64,000 bases of DNA, from the NCBI GenBank assembly GCA_964057225.1, contig OZ059899.1, positions 558,001-622,000 of the forward strand, given 5' to 3'. Numbering within the stretch: the first letter of the stretch is position 1; every line of letters starts with the position of its first letter. The notes beneath the pieces were generated by a model. It was not told the DNA's origin and ran no database searches. It worked only from the letters and a program-made list of their open reading frames with translations. The DNA is from Auanema rhodensis (Eukaryota > Animalia > Nematoda). Both the position numbers and the translations under genes were made by a program. Shown here one piece after another: positions 30,100-42,400 of this stretch.

Positions 30100-33000
30100 T
30101 TGGTATGTAACTCGCTTCACGTGAAAGATAAAGAGATGCGGTTTTCAAAATTAAATTCCCCATGTCCATATTAGTCTAAAAACAAATTTTTATTGATATT
30201 GGTTCATGGTAACCATGACTTTGAAATTTACGTGAACTTTAATTTATGCTAATTAAATGTACACGTGATGTGCACTTGGTATGTAACTCGCTTCACGTGA
30301 AAGATAAAGAGATGCGGTTTTCAAAATTAGATTCCCCATGTCCATATTAGTCTAAAAACAAATTTTTATTGATATTGGTGCATGGTAACCATGACTTTGA
30401 AATTTACGTGAACTTTAATTTATGCTAATTAAATGTACACGTGATGTGCACTTGGTATGTAACTCGCTTCACGTGAAAGATAAAGAGATGCGGTTTTCAA
30501 AATTAGATTCCCCATGTCCATATTAGTCAAAAAACAAATTTTTATTGATATTGGTGCATGGTAACCATGACTTTGAAATTTACGTGAACTTTAATTTATG
30601 CTAATTAAATGTACACGTGATGTGCACTTGGTATGACACTCGCTTCACGTGAAAGATAAAGAGATGCGGTTTTCAAAATTAAATTCCCCATGTCCATATT
30701 AGTCTAAAAACAAATTTTTAGTGATATTGGTTCATGGTAACCATGACTTTGAAATTTACGTGAACTTTAATTTATGCTAATTAAATGTACACGTGATGTG
30801 CACTTGGTATGTAACTCGCTTCACGTGAAAGATAAAGAGATGCGGTTTTCAAAATTAGATTCCCCATGTCCATATTAGTCTAAAAACAAATTTTTATTGA
30901 TATTGGTGCATGGTAACCATGACTTTGAAATTTACGTGAACTTTAATTTATGCTAATTAAATGTACACGTGATGTGCACTTGGTATGTAACTCGCTTCAC
31001 GTGAAAGATAAAGAGATGCGGTTTTCAAAATTAGATTCCCTATGTCCATATTAGTCTAAAAACAAATTTTTATTGATATTGGTTCATGGTAACCATGACT
31101 TTGAAATTTACGTGAACTTTAATTTATGCTAATTAAATGTACACGTGATGTGCACTTGGTATGTAACTCGCTTCACGTGAAAGATAAAGAGATGCGGTTT
31201 TCAAAATTAGATTCCCCATGTCCATATTAGTCTAAAAACAAATTTTTATTGATATTGGTTCATGGTAACCATGACTTTGAAATTTACGTGAACTTTAATT
31301 TATGCTAATTAAATGTACACGTGATGTGCACTTGGTATGTAACTCGCTTCACGTGAAAGATAAAGAGATGCGGTTTTCAAAATTAGATTCCCCATGTCCA
31401 TATTAGTCTAAAAACAAATTTTTATTGATATTGGTTCATGGTAACCATGACTTTGAAATTTACGTGAACTTCAATTTATGCTAATTAAATGTACACGTGA
31501 TGTGCACTTGGTATGTAACTCGCTTCACGTGAAAGATAAAGAGATGCGGTTTCCAAAATTAGATTCCCCATGTCCATATTAGTCTAAAAACAAATTTTTA
31601 TTGATATTGGTGCATGGTAACCATGACTTTGAAATTTACGTGAACTTCAATTTATGCTAATTAAATGTACACGTGATGTGCACTTGGTATGTAACTCGCT
31701 TCACGTGAAAGATAAAGAGATGCGGTTTCCAAAATTAGATTCCCCATGTCCATATTAGTCTAAAAACAAATTTTTATTGATATTGGTGCATGGTAACCAT
31801 GACTTTGAAATTTACGTGAACTTTAATTTATGCTAATTAAATGTACACGTGATGTGCACTTGGTATGTATCTCGCTTCACGTGAAAGATAAAGAGATGCG
31901 GTTTTCAAAATTAGATTCCCCATGTCCATATTAGTCTAAAAACGAATTTTTATTGATATTGGTTCATGGTAACCATGACTTTGAAATTTACGTGAACTTT
32001 AATTTATGCTAATTAAATGTACACGTGATGTGCACTTGGTATGTAACTCGCTTCACGTGAAAGATAAAGAGATGCGGTTTTCAAAATTAGATACCCCATG
32101 TCCATATTAGTCTAAAAACAAATTTTTATTGATATTGGTTCATGGTAACCATGACTTTGAAATTTACGTGAACTTCAATTTATGCTAATTAAATGTACAC
32201 GTGATGTGCACTTGGTATGTAACTCGCTTCACGTGAAAGATAAAGAGATGCGGTTTCCAAAATTAGATTCCCCATGTCCATATTAGTCTAAAAACAAATT
32301 TTTATTGATATTGGTGCATGGTAACCATGACTTTGAAATTTACGTGAACTTTAATTTATGCTAATTAAATGTACACGTGATGTGCACTTGGTATGTAACT
32401 CGCTTCACGTGAAAGATAAAGAGATGCGGTTTTCAAAATTAGATTCCCCATGTCCATATTAGTCAAAAAACAAATTTTTATTGATATTGGTGCATGGTAA
32501 CCATGACTTTGAAATTTACGTGAACTTTAATTTATGCTAATTAAATGTACACGTGATGTGCACTTGGTATGTAACTCGCTTCACGTGAAAGATAAAGAGA
32601 TGCGGTTTCCAAAATTAGATTCCCCATGTCCATATTAGTCTAAAAACAAATTTTTATTGATATTGGTGCATGGTAACCATGACTTTGAAATTTACGTGAA
32701 CTTCAATTTATGCTAATTAAATGTACACGTGATGTGCACTTGGTATGTAACTCGCTTCACGTGAAAGATAAAGAGATGCGGTTTCCAAAATTAGATTCCC
32801 CATGTCCATATTAGTCTAAAAACAAATTTTTATTGATATTGGTGCATGGTAACCATGACTTTGAAATTTACGTGAACTTTAATTTATGCTAATTAAATGT
32901 ACACGTGATGTGCACTTGGTATGTAACTCGCTTCACGTGAAAGATAAAGAGATGCGGTTTTCAAAATTAGATTCCCCATGTCCATATTAGTCTAAAAACA

Positions 33001-36000
33001 AATTTTTATTGATATTGGTTCATGGTAACCATGACTTTGAAATTTACGTGAACTTTAATTTATGCTAATTAAATGTACACGTGATGTGCACTTGGTATGT
33101 AACTCGCTTCACGTGAAAGATAAAGAGATGCGGTTTTCAAAATTAGATACCCCATGTCCATATTAGTCTAAAAACAAATTTTTATTGATATTGGTTCATG
33201 GTAACCATGACTTTGAAATTTACGTGAACTTCAATTTATGCTAATTAAATGTACACGTGATGTGCACTTGGTATGTAACTCGCTTCACGTGAAAGATAAA
33301 GAGATGCGGTTTCCAAAATTAGATTCCCCATGTCCATATTAGTCTAAAAACAAATTTTTATTGATATTGGTGCATGGTAACCATGACTTTGAAATTTACG
33401 TGAACTTTAATTTATGCTAATTAAATGTACACGTGATGTGCACTTGGTATGTAACTCGCTTCACGTGAAAGATAAAGAGATGCGGTTTTCAAAATTAGAT
33501 TCCCCATGTCCATATTAGTCTAAAAACAAATTTTTATTGATATTGGTTCTTGGTAACCATGACTTTGAAATTTACGTGAACTTTAATTTATGCTAATTAA
33601 ATGTACACGTGATGTGCACTTGGTATGTAACTCGCTTCACGTGAAAGATAAAGAGATGCGGTTTTCAAAATTAGATTCCCCATGTCCATATTAGTCTAAA
33701 AACAAATTTTTATTGATATTGGTGCATGGTAACCATGACTTTGAAATTTACGTGAACTTTAATTTATGCTAATTAAATGTACACGTGATGTGCCCTTGGT
33801 ATGTAACTCGCTTCACGTGAAAGATAAAGAGATGCGGTTTTCAAAATTAGATTCCCCATGTCCATATTAGTCTAAAAACAAATTTTTATTGATATTGGTG
33901 CATGGTAACCATGACTTTGAAATTCACGTGAACTTTAATTTATGCTAATTAAATGTACACGTGATGTGCACTTGGTATGTAACTCGCTTCACGTGAAAGA
34001 TAAAAAGATGCGGTTTTCAAAATTAGATTCCCCATGTCCATATTAGTCTAAAAACAAATTTTTATTGATATTGGTGCATGGTAACCATGACTTTGAAATT
34101 TACGTGAACTTTAATTTATGCTAATTAAATGTACACGTGATGTGCCCTTGGTATGTAACTCGCTTCACGTAAAAGATAAAGAGATGCGGTTTTCAAAATT
34201 AGATTCCCCATGTCCATATTAGTCTAAAAACAAATTTTTATTGATATTGGTTCATGGTAACCATGACTTTGAAATTTACGTGAACTTTAATTTATGCTAA
34301 TTAAATGTACACGTGATGTGCACTTGGTATGTAACTCGCTTCACGTGAAAGATAAAGAGATGCGGTTTTCAAAATTAGATACCCCATGTCCATATTAGTC
34401 TAAAAACAAATTTTTATTGATATTGGTTCATGGTAACCATGACTTTGAAATTTACGTGAACTTCAATTTATGCTAATTAAATGTACACGTGATGTGCACT
34501 TGGTATGTAACTCGCTTCACGTGAAAGATAAAGAGATGCGGTTTTCAAAATTAAATTCCCCATGTCCATATTAGTCTAAAAACAAATTTTTATTGATATT
34601 GGTTCATGGTAACCATGACTTTGAAATTTACGTGAACTTTAATTTATGCTAATTAAATGTACACGTGATGTGCACTTGGTATGTAACTCGCTTCACGTGA
34701 AAGATAAAGAGATGCGGTTTTCAAAATTAGATTCCCCATGTCCATATTAGTCTAAAAACAAATTTTTATTGATATTGGTGCATGGTAACCATGACTTTGA
34801 AATTTACGTGAACTTTAATTTATGCTAATTAAATGTACACGTGATGTGCACTTGGTATGTAACTCGCTTCACGTGAAAGATAAAGAGATGCGGTTTTCAA
34901 AATTAGATTCCCCATGTCCATATTAGTCAAAAAACAAATTTTTATTGATATTGGTGCATGGTAACCATGACTTTGAAATTTACGTGAACTTTAATTTATG
35001 CTAATTAAATGTACACGTGATGTGCACTTGGTATGTAACTCGCTTCACGTGAAAGATAAAGAGATGCGGTTTTCAAAATTAAATTCCCCATGTCCATATT
35101 AGTCTAAAAACAAATTTTTAGTGATATTGGTTCATGGTAACCATGACTTTGAAATTTACGTGAACTTTAATTTATGCTAATTAAATGTACACGTGATGTG
35201 CACTTGGTATGTAACTCGCTTCACGTGAAAGATAAAGAGATGCGGTTTTCAAAATTAGATTCCCCATGTCCATATTAGTCTAAAAACAAATTTTTATTGA
35301 TATTGGTGCATGGTAACCATGACTTTGAAATTTACGTGAACTTTAATTTATGCTAATTAAATGTACACGTGATGTGCACTTGGTATGTAACTCGCTTCAC
35401 GTGAAAGATAAAGAGATGCGGTTTTCAAAATTAGATTCCCTATGTCCATATTAGTCTAAAAACAAATTTTTATTGATATTGGTTCATGGTAACCATGACT
35501 TTGAAATTTACGTGAACTTTAATTTATGCTAATTAAATGTACACGTGATGTGCACTTGGTATGTAACTCGCTTCACGTGAAAGATAAAGAGATGCGGTTT
35601 TCAAAATTAGATTCCCCATGTCCATATTAGTCTAAAAACAAATTTTTATTGATATTGGTTCATGGTAACCATGACTTTGAAATTTACGTGAACTTTAATT
35701 TATGCTAATTAAATGTACACGTGATGTGCACTTGGTATGTAACTCGCTTCACGTGAAAGATAAAGAGATGCGGTTTTCAAAATTAGATTCCCCATGTCCA
35801 TATTAGTCTAAAAACAAATTTTCATTGATATTGGTTCATGGTAACCATGACTTTGAAATTTACGTGAACTTCAATTTATGCTAATTAAATGTACACGTGA
35901 TGTGCACTTGGTATGTAACTCGCTTCACGTGAAAGATAAAGAGATGCGGTTTCCAAAATTAGATTCCCCATGTCCATATTAGTCTAAAAACAAATTTTTA

Positions 36001-36420
36001 TTGATATTGGTGCATGGTAACCATGACTTTGAAATTTACGTGAACTTTAATTTATGCTAATTAAATGTACACGTGATGTGCACTTGGTATGTAACTCGCT
36101 TCACGTGAAAGATAAAGAGATGCGGTTTCCAAAATTAGATTCCCCATGTCCATATTAGTCTAAAAACAAATTTTTATTGATATTGGTGCATGGTAACCAT
36201 GACTTTGAAATTTACGTGAACTTTAATTTATGCTAATTAAATGTACACGTGATGTGCACTTGGTATGTATCTCGCTTCACGTGAAAGATAAAGAGATGCG
36301 GTTTTCAAAATTAGATTCCCCATGTCCATATTAGTCTAAAAACGAATTTTTATTGATATTGGTTCATGGTAACCATGACTTTGAAATTTACGTGAACTTT
36401 AATTTATGCTAATTAAATGT
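30100..36420 (+). repeat. Block duplicated with 25-monomer (4400 bp) offset; boundaries approximate
   Basis: Four rare variants recur at +4400: TTTAGTG at 30721/35121, CCCTATG at 31041/35441, TGTATCT at 31870/36270 and AACGAAT at 31944/36344. Confidence 0.85.
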
Positions 36421-39040
36421 ACACGTGCTGTGCACTTGGTATGTAACTCGCTTCACGTGAAAGATAAAGAGATGCGGTTTTCAAAATTAGATTCCCCATG
36501 TCCATATTAGTCAAAAAACAAATTTTTATTGATATTGGTGCATGGTAACCATGACTTTGAAATTTACGTGAACTTTAATTTATGCTAATTAAATGTACAC
36601 GTGATGTGCACTTGGTATGTAACTCGCTTCACGTGAAAGATAAAGAGATGCGGTTTTCAAAATTAAATTCCCCATGTCCATATTAGTCTAAAAACAAATT
36701 TTTATTGATATTGGTTCATGGTAACCATGACTTTAAAATTTACGTGAACTTTAATTTATGCTAATTAAATGTACACGTGATGTGCACTTGGTATGTAACT
36801 CGCTTCACGTGAAAGATAAAGAGATGCGGTTTTCAAAATTAGATTCCACATGTCCATATTAGTCTAAAAACAAATTTTTATTGATATTGGTGCATGGTAA
36901 CCATGACTTTGAAATTTACGTGAACTTCAATTTATGCTAATTAAATGTACACGTGATGTGCACTTGGTATGTAACTCGCTTCACGTGAAAGATAAAGAGA
37001 TGCGGTTTTCAAAATTAGATTCCACATGTCCATATTAGTCTAAAAACAAATTTTTATTGATATTGGTGCATGGTAACCATGACTTTGAAATTTACGTGAA
37101 CTTTAATTTATGCTAATTAAATGTACACGTGATGTGCACTTGGTATGTAACTCGCTTCACGTGAAAGATAAAGAGATGCGGTTTTCAAAATTAGATTCCC
37201 CATGTCCATATTAGTCTAAAAACAAATTTTTATTGATATTGGTGCATGGTAACCATGACTTTGAAATTTACGTGAACTTTAATTTATGCTAATTAAATGT
37301 ACACGTGATGTGCACTTGGTATGTAACTCGCTTCACGTGAAAGATAAAGAGATGCGGTTCTCAAAATTAAATTTTCCATGTCCATATTAGTCTAAAAACA
37401 AATATTTATTGATATTGGTGCATGGTAACCATGACTTTGAAATTTACGTGAACTTTAATTTATGCTAATTAAATGTACACGTGATGTGCACTTGGTATGT
37501 AACTCGCTTCACGTGAAAGATAAAGAGATGCGGTTTTCAAAATTAGATTCCCCATGTCCATATTAGTCTAAAAACAAATTTTTATTGATATTGGTGCATG
37601 GTAACCATGACTTTGAAATTTACGTGAACTTTAATTTATGCTAATTAAATGTACACGTGATGTGCACTTGGTATGTAACTCGCTTCACGTGAAAGATAAA
37701 GAGATGCGGTGTTCAAAATTAGATTCCCCATGTCCATATTAGTCTAAAAACAAATTTTTATTGATATTGGTGCATGGTAACCATGACTTTGAAATTTACG
37801 TGAACTTTAATTTATGCTAATTAAATGTACACGTGATGTGCACTTGGTATGTAACTCGCTTCACGTGAAAGATAAAGAGATGCGGTTTTCAAAATTAGAT
37901 TCCCCATGTCCATATTAGTCTAAAAACAAATTTTTATTTATATTGGTTCATGGTAACCATGACTTTGAAATTTACGTGAACTTCAATTTATGCTAATTAA
38001 ATGTACACGTGATGTGCACTTGGTATGTAACTCGCTTCACGTGAAAGATAAAGAGATGCGGTTTCCAAAATTAGATTCCCCATGTCCATATTAGTCTAAA
38101 AACAAATTTTTATTGATATTGGTTCATGGTAACCATGACTTTGAAATTTACGTGAACTTCAATTTATGCTAATTAAATGTACACGTGATGTGCACTTGGT
38201 ATGTAACTCGCTTCACGTGAAAGATAAAGAGATGCGGTTTCCAAAATTAGATTCCCCATGTCCATATTAGTCTAAAAACAAATTTTTATTGATATTGGTT
38301 CATGGTAACCATGACTTTGAAATTTACGTGAACTTTAATTTATGCTAATTAAATGTACACGTGATGTGCACTTGGTATGTAACTCGCTTCACGTGAAAGA
38401 TGAAGAGATGCGGTTTTCAAAATTAGATTCCTCATGTCCATATTAGTCTAAAAACAAATTTTTATTGATATTGGTTCATGGTAACCATGACTTTGAAATT
38501 TACGTGAACTTTAATTTATGCTAATTAAATGTACACGTGATGTGCACTTGGTATGTAACTCGCTTCACGTGAAAGATAAAGAGATGCGGTTTTCAAAATT
38601 AGATTCCCCATGTTCATATTAGTCTAAAAACAAATTTTTATTGATATTGGTTCATGGTAACCATGACTTTGAAATTTACGTGAACTTTAATTTATGCTAA
38701 TTAAATGTACACGTGATGTGCACTTGGTATGTAACTCGCTTCACGTGAAAGATGAAGAGATGCGGTTTTCAAAATTAGATTCCTCATGTCCATATTAGTC
38801 TAAAAACAAATTTTTATTGATATTGGTTCATGGTAACCATGACTTTGAAATTTACGTGAACTTTAATTTATGCTAATTAAATGTACACGTGATGTGCACT
38901 TGGTATGTAACTCGCTTCACGTGAAAGATAAAGAGATGCGGTTTTCAAAATTAGATTCCCCATGTCCATATTAGTCTAAAAACAAATTTTTATTGATATT
39001 GGTTCATGGTAACCATGACTTTGAAATTTACGTGAACTTC

Positions 39041-39062
39041 AATTTATGCTAGAGCGAGTTAC
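39041..39062. other. Satellite strand-inversion junction
   Basis: The junction reads AATTTATGCTA|G|AGCGAGTTAC. The + copy ends at monomer position 158 (39051). A single G at 39052 matches neither arm. The - copy starts at monomer position 23 (39053). No foreign sequence is present. Confidence 0.97.
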
Positions 39063-39423
39063 ATACCAAGTGCACATCACGTGTACATTTAATTAGCATA
39101 AATTAAAGTTCACGTAAATTTCAAAGTCATGGTTACCATGAACCAATATCAATAAAAATTTGTTTTTAGACTAATATGGACATGAGGAATCTAATTTTGA
39201 AAACCGCATCTCTTCATCTTTCACGTGAAGCGAGTTACATACCAAGTGCACATCACGTGTACATTTAATTAGCATAAATTAAAGTTCACGTAAATTTCAA
39301 AGTCATGGTTACCATGAACCAATATCAATAAAAATTTGTTTTTAGACTAATATGGACATAGGGAATCTAATTTTGAAAACCGCATCTCTTTATCTTTCAC
39401 GTGAAGCGAGTTACATACCAAGT

Positions 39424-42400
39424 GCACATCACGTTTACATTTAATTAGCATAAATTAAAGTTCACGTAAATTTCAAAGTCATGGTTACCATGCACCAATA
39501 TCAATAAAAATTTGTTTTTTGACTAATATGGACATGGGGAATCTAATTTTGAAAACCGCATCTCTTTATCTTTCACGTGAAGCGAGTTACATACCAAGTG
39601 CACATCACGTGTACATTTAATTAGCATAAATTAAAGTTCACGTAAATTTCAAAGTCATGGTTACCATGAACCAATATCAATAAAAATTTGTTTTTAGACT
39701 AATATGGACATGGGGAATCTAATTTTGAAAACCGCATCTCTTTATCTTTCACGTGAAGCGAGTTACATACCAAGTGCACATCACGTGTACATTTAATTAG
39801 CATAAATTAAAGTTCACGTAAATTTCAAAGTCATGGTTACCATGAACCAATATCGATAAAAATTTGTTTTTAGACTAATATGGACATGGGGAATTTAATT
39901 TTGAAAACCGCATCTCTTTATCTTTCACGTGAAGCGAGTTACATACCAAGTGCACATCACGTGTACATTTAATTAGCATAAATTAAAGTTCACGTAAATT
40001 TCAAAGTCATGGTTACCATGAACCAATATCAATAAAAATTTGTTTTTAGACTAATATGGACATGAGGAATCTAATTTTGAAAACCGCATCTCTTCATCTT
40101 TCACGTGAAGCGAGTTACATACCAAGTGCACATCACGTGTACATTTAATTAGCATAAATTAAAGTTCACGTAAATTTCAAAGTCATGGTTACCATGAACC
40201 AATATCAATAAAAATTTGTTTTTAGACTAATATGGACATGGGGAATCTAATTTTGAAAACCGCATCTCTTTATCTTTCACGTGAAGCGAGTTACATACCA
40301 AGTGCACATCACGTGAACATTTAATTAGCATAAATTGAAGTTCACGTAAATTTCAAAGTCATGGTTACCATGAACCAATATCAATAAAAATTTGTTTTTA
40401 GACTAATATGGACATGGGGTATCTAATTTTGAAAACCGCATCTCTTTATCTTTCACGTGAAGCGAGTTACATACCAAGTGCACATCACGTGTACATTTAA
40501 TTAGCATAAATTAAAGTTCACGTAAATTTCAAAGTCATGGTTACCATGAACCAATATCAATAAAAATTTGTTTTTAGACTAATATGGACATGGGGAATCT
40601 AATTTTGAAAACCGCATCTCTTTATCTTTTACGTGAAGCGAGTTACATACCAAGGGCACATCACGTGTACATTTAATTAGCATAAATTAAAGTTCACGTA
40701 AATTTCAAAGTCATGGTTACCATGCACCAATATCAATAAAAATTTGTTTTTAGACTAATATGGACATGGGGAATCTAATTTTGAAAACCGCATCTTTTTA
40801 TCTTTCACGTGAAGCGAGTTACATACCAAGTGCACATCACGTGTACATTTAATTAGCATAAATTAAAGTTCACGTAAATTTCAAAGTCATGGTTACCATG
40901 CACCAATATCAATAAAAATTTGTTTTTTGACTAATATGGACATGGGGAATCTAATTTTGAAAACCGCATCTCTTTATCTTTCACGTGAAGCGAGTTACAT
41001 ACCAAGTGCACATCACGTGTACATTTAATTAGCATAAATTAAAGTTCACGTAAATTTCAAAGTCATGGTTACCATGAACCAATATCAATAAAAATTTGTT
41101 TTTAGACTAATATGGACATGGGGAATCTAATTTTGAAAACCGCATCTCTTTATCTTTCACGTGAAGCGAGTTACATACCAAGTGCACATCACGTGTACAT
41201 TTAATTAGCATAAATTAAAGTTCACGTAAATTTCAAAGTCATGGTTACCATGAACCAATATCGATAAAAATTTGTTTTTAGACTAATATGGACATGGGGA
41301 ATTTAATTTTGAAAACCGCATCTCTTTATCTTTCACGTGAAGCGAGTTACATACCAAGTGCACATCACGTGTACATTTAATTAGCATAAATTAAAGTTCA
41401 CGTAAATTTCAAAGTCATGGTTACCATGAACCAATATCAATAAAAATTTGTTTTTAGACTAATATGGACATGAGGAATCTAATTTTGAAAACCGCATCTC
41501 TTCATCTTTCACGTGAAGCGAGTTACATACCAAGTGCACATCACGTGTACATTTAATTAGCATAAATTAAAGTTCACGTAAATTTCAAAGTCATGGTTAC
41601 CATGAACCAATATCAATAAAAATTTGTTTTTAGACTAATATGGACATGGGGAATCTAATTTTGAAAACCGCATCTCTTTATCTTTCACGTGAAGCGAGTT
41701 ACATACCAAGTGCACATCACGTGAACATTTAATTAGCATAAATTGAAGTTCACGTAAATTTCAAAGTCATGGTTACCATGAACCAATATCAATAAAAATT
41801 TGTTTTTAGACTAATATGGACATGGGGTATCTAATTTTGAAAACCGCATCTCTTTATCTTTCACGTGAAGCGAGTTACATACCAAGTGCACATCACGTGT
41901 ACATTTAATTAGCATAAATTAAAGTTCACGTAAATTTCAAAGTCATGGTTACCATGAACCAATATCAATAAAAATTTGTTTTTAGACTAATATGGACATG
42001 GGGAATCTAATTTTGAAAACCGCATCTCTTTATCTTTTACGTGAAGCGAGTTACATACCAAGGGCACATCACGTGTACATTTAATTAGCATAAATTAAAG
42101 TTCACGTAAATTTCAAAGTCATGGTTACCATGCACCAATATCAATAAAAATTTGTTTTTAGACTAATATGGACATGGGGAATCTAATTTTGAAAACCGCA
42201 TCTTTTTATCTTTCACGTGAAGCGAGTTACATACCAAGTGCACATCACGTGTACATTTAATTAGCATAAATTAAAGTTCACGTAAATTTCAAAGTCATGG
42301 TTACCATGCACCAATATCAATAAAAATTTGTTTTTAGACTAATATGGACATGGGGAATCTAATTTTGAAAACCGCATCTCTTTATCTTTCACGTGAAGCG

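Larger units (their letters stand above)
1..39051 (+). repeat. 176-bp tandem satellite array, left arm (221 complete monomers plus a 158-bp partial)
   Basis: GTGCAC/GTGCCC recurs at 1, 177, 353 and onward with period 176. The last monomer starts at 38894, which equals 1 + 221x176 - 3. The 3 bp come from small deletions at about 6543 (-2) and about 6950 (-1). Monomers usually differ from the consensus by only 0-3 substitutions. Confidence 0.99.

Noticed and set aside
39041-39062. Inversion as a fold-back read artefact or transposon footprint
   Set aside because: An artefactual fold-back would give exact mirror arms, but these differ from the second monomer on and have arm-private variants and HORs. 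No terminal inverted repeats, target-site duplication or foreign DNA are present. A misjoin still needs read-level exclusion.
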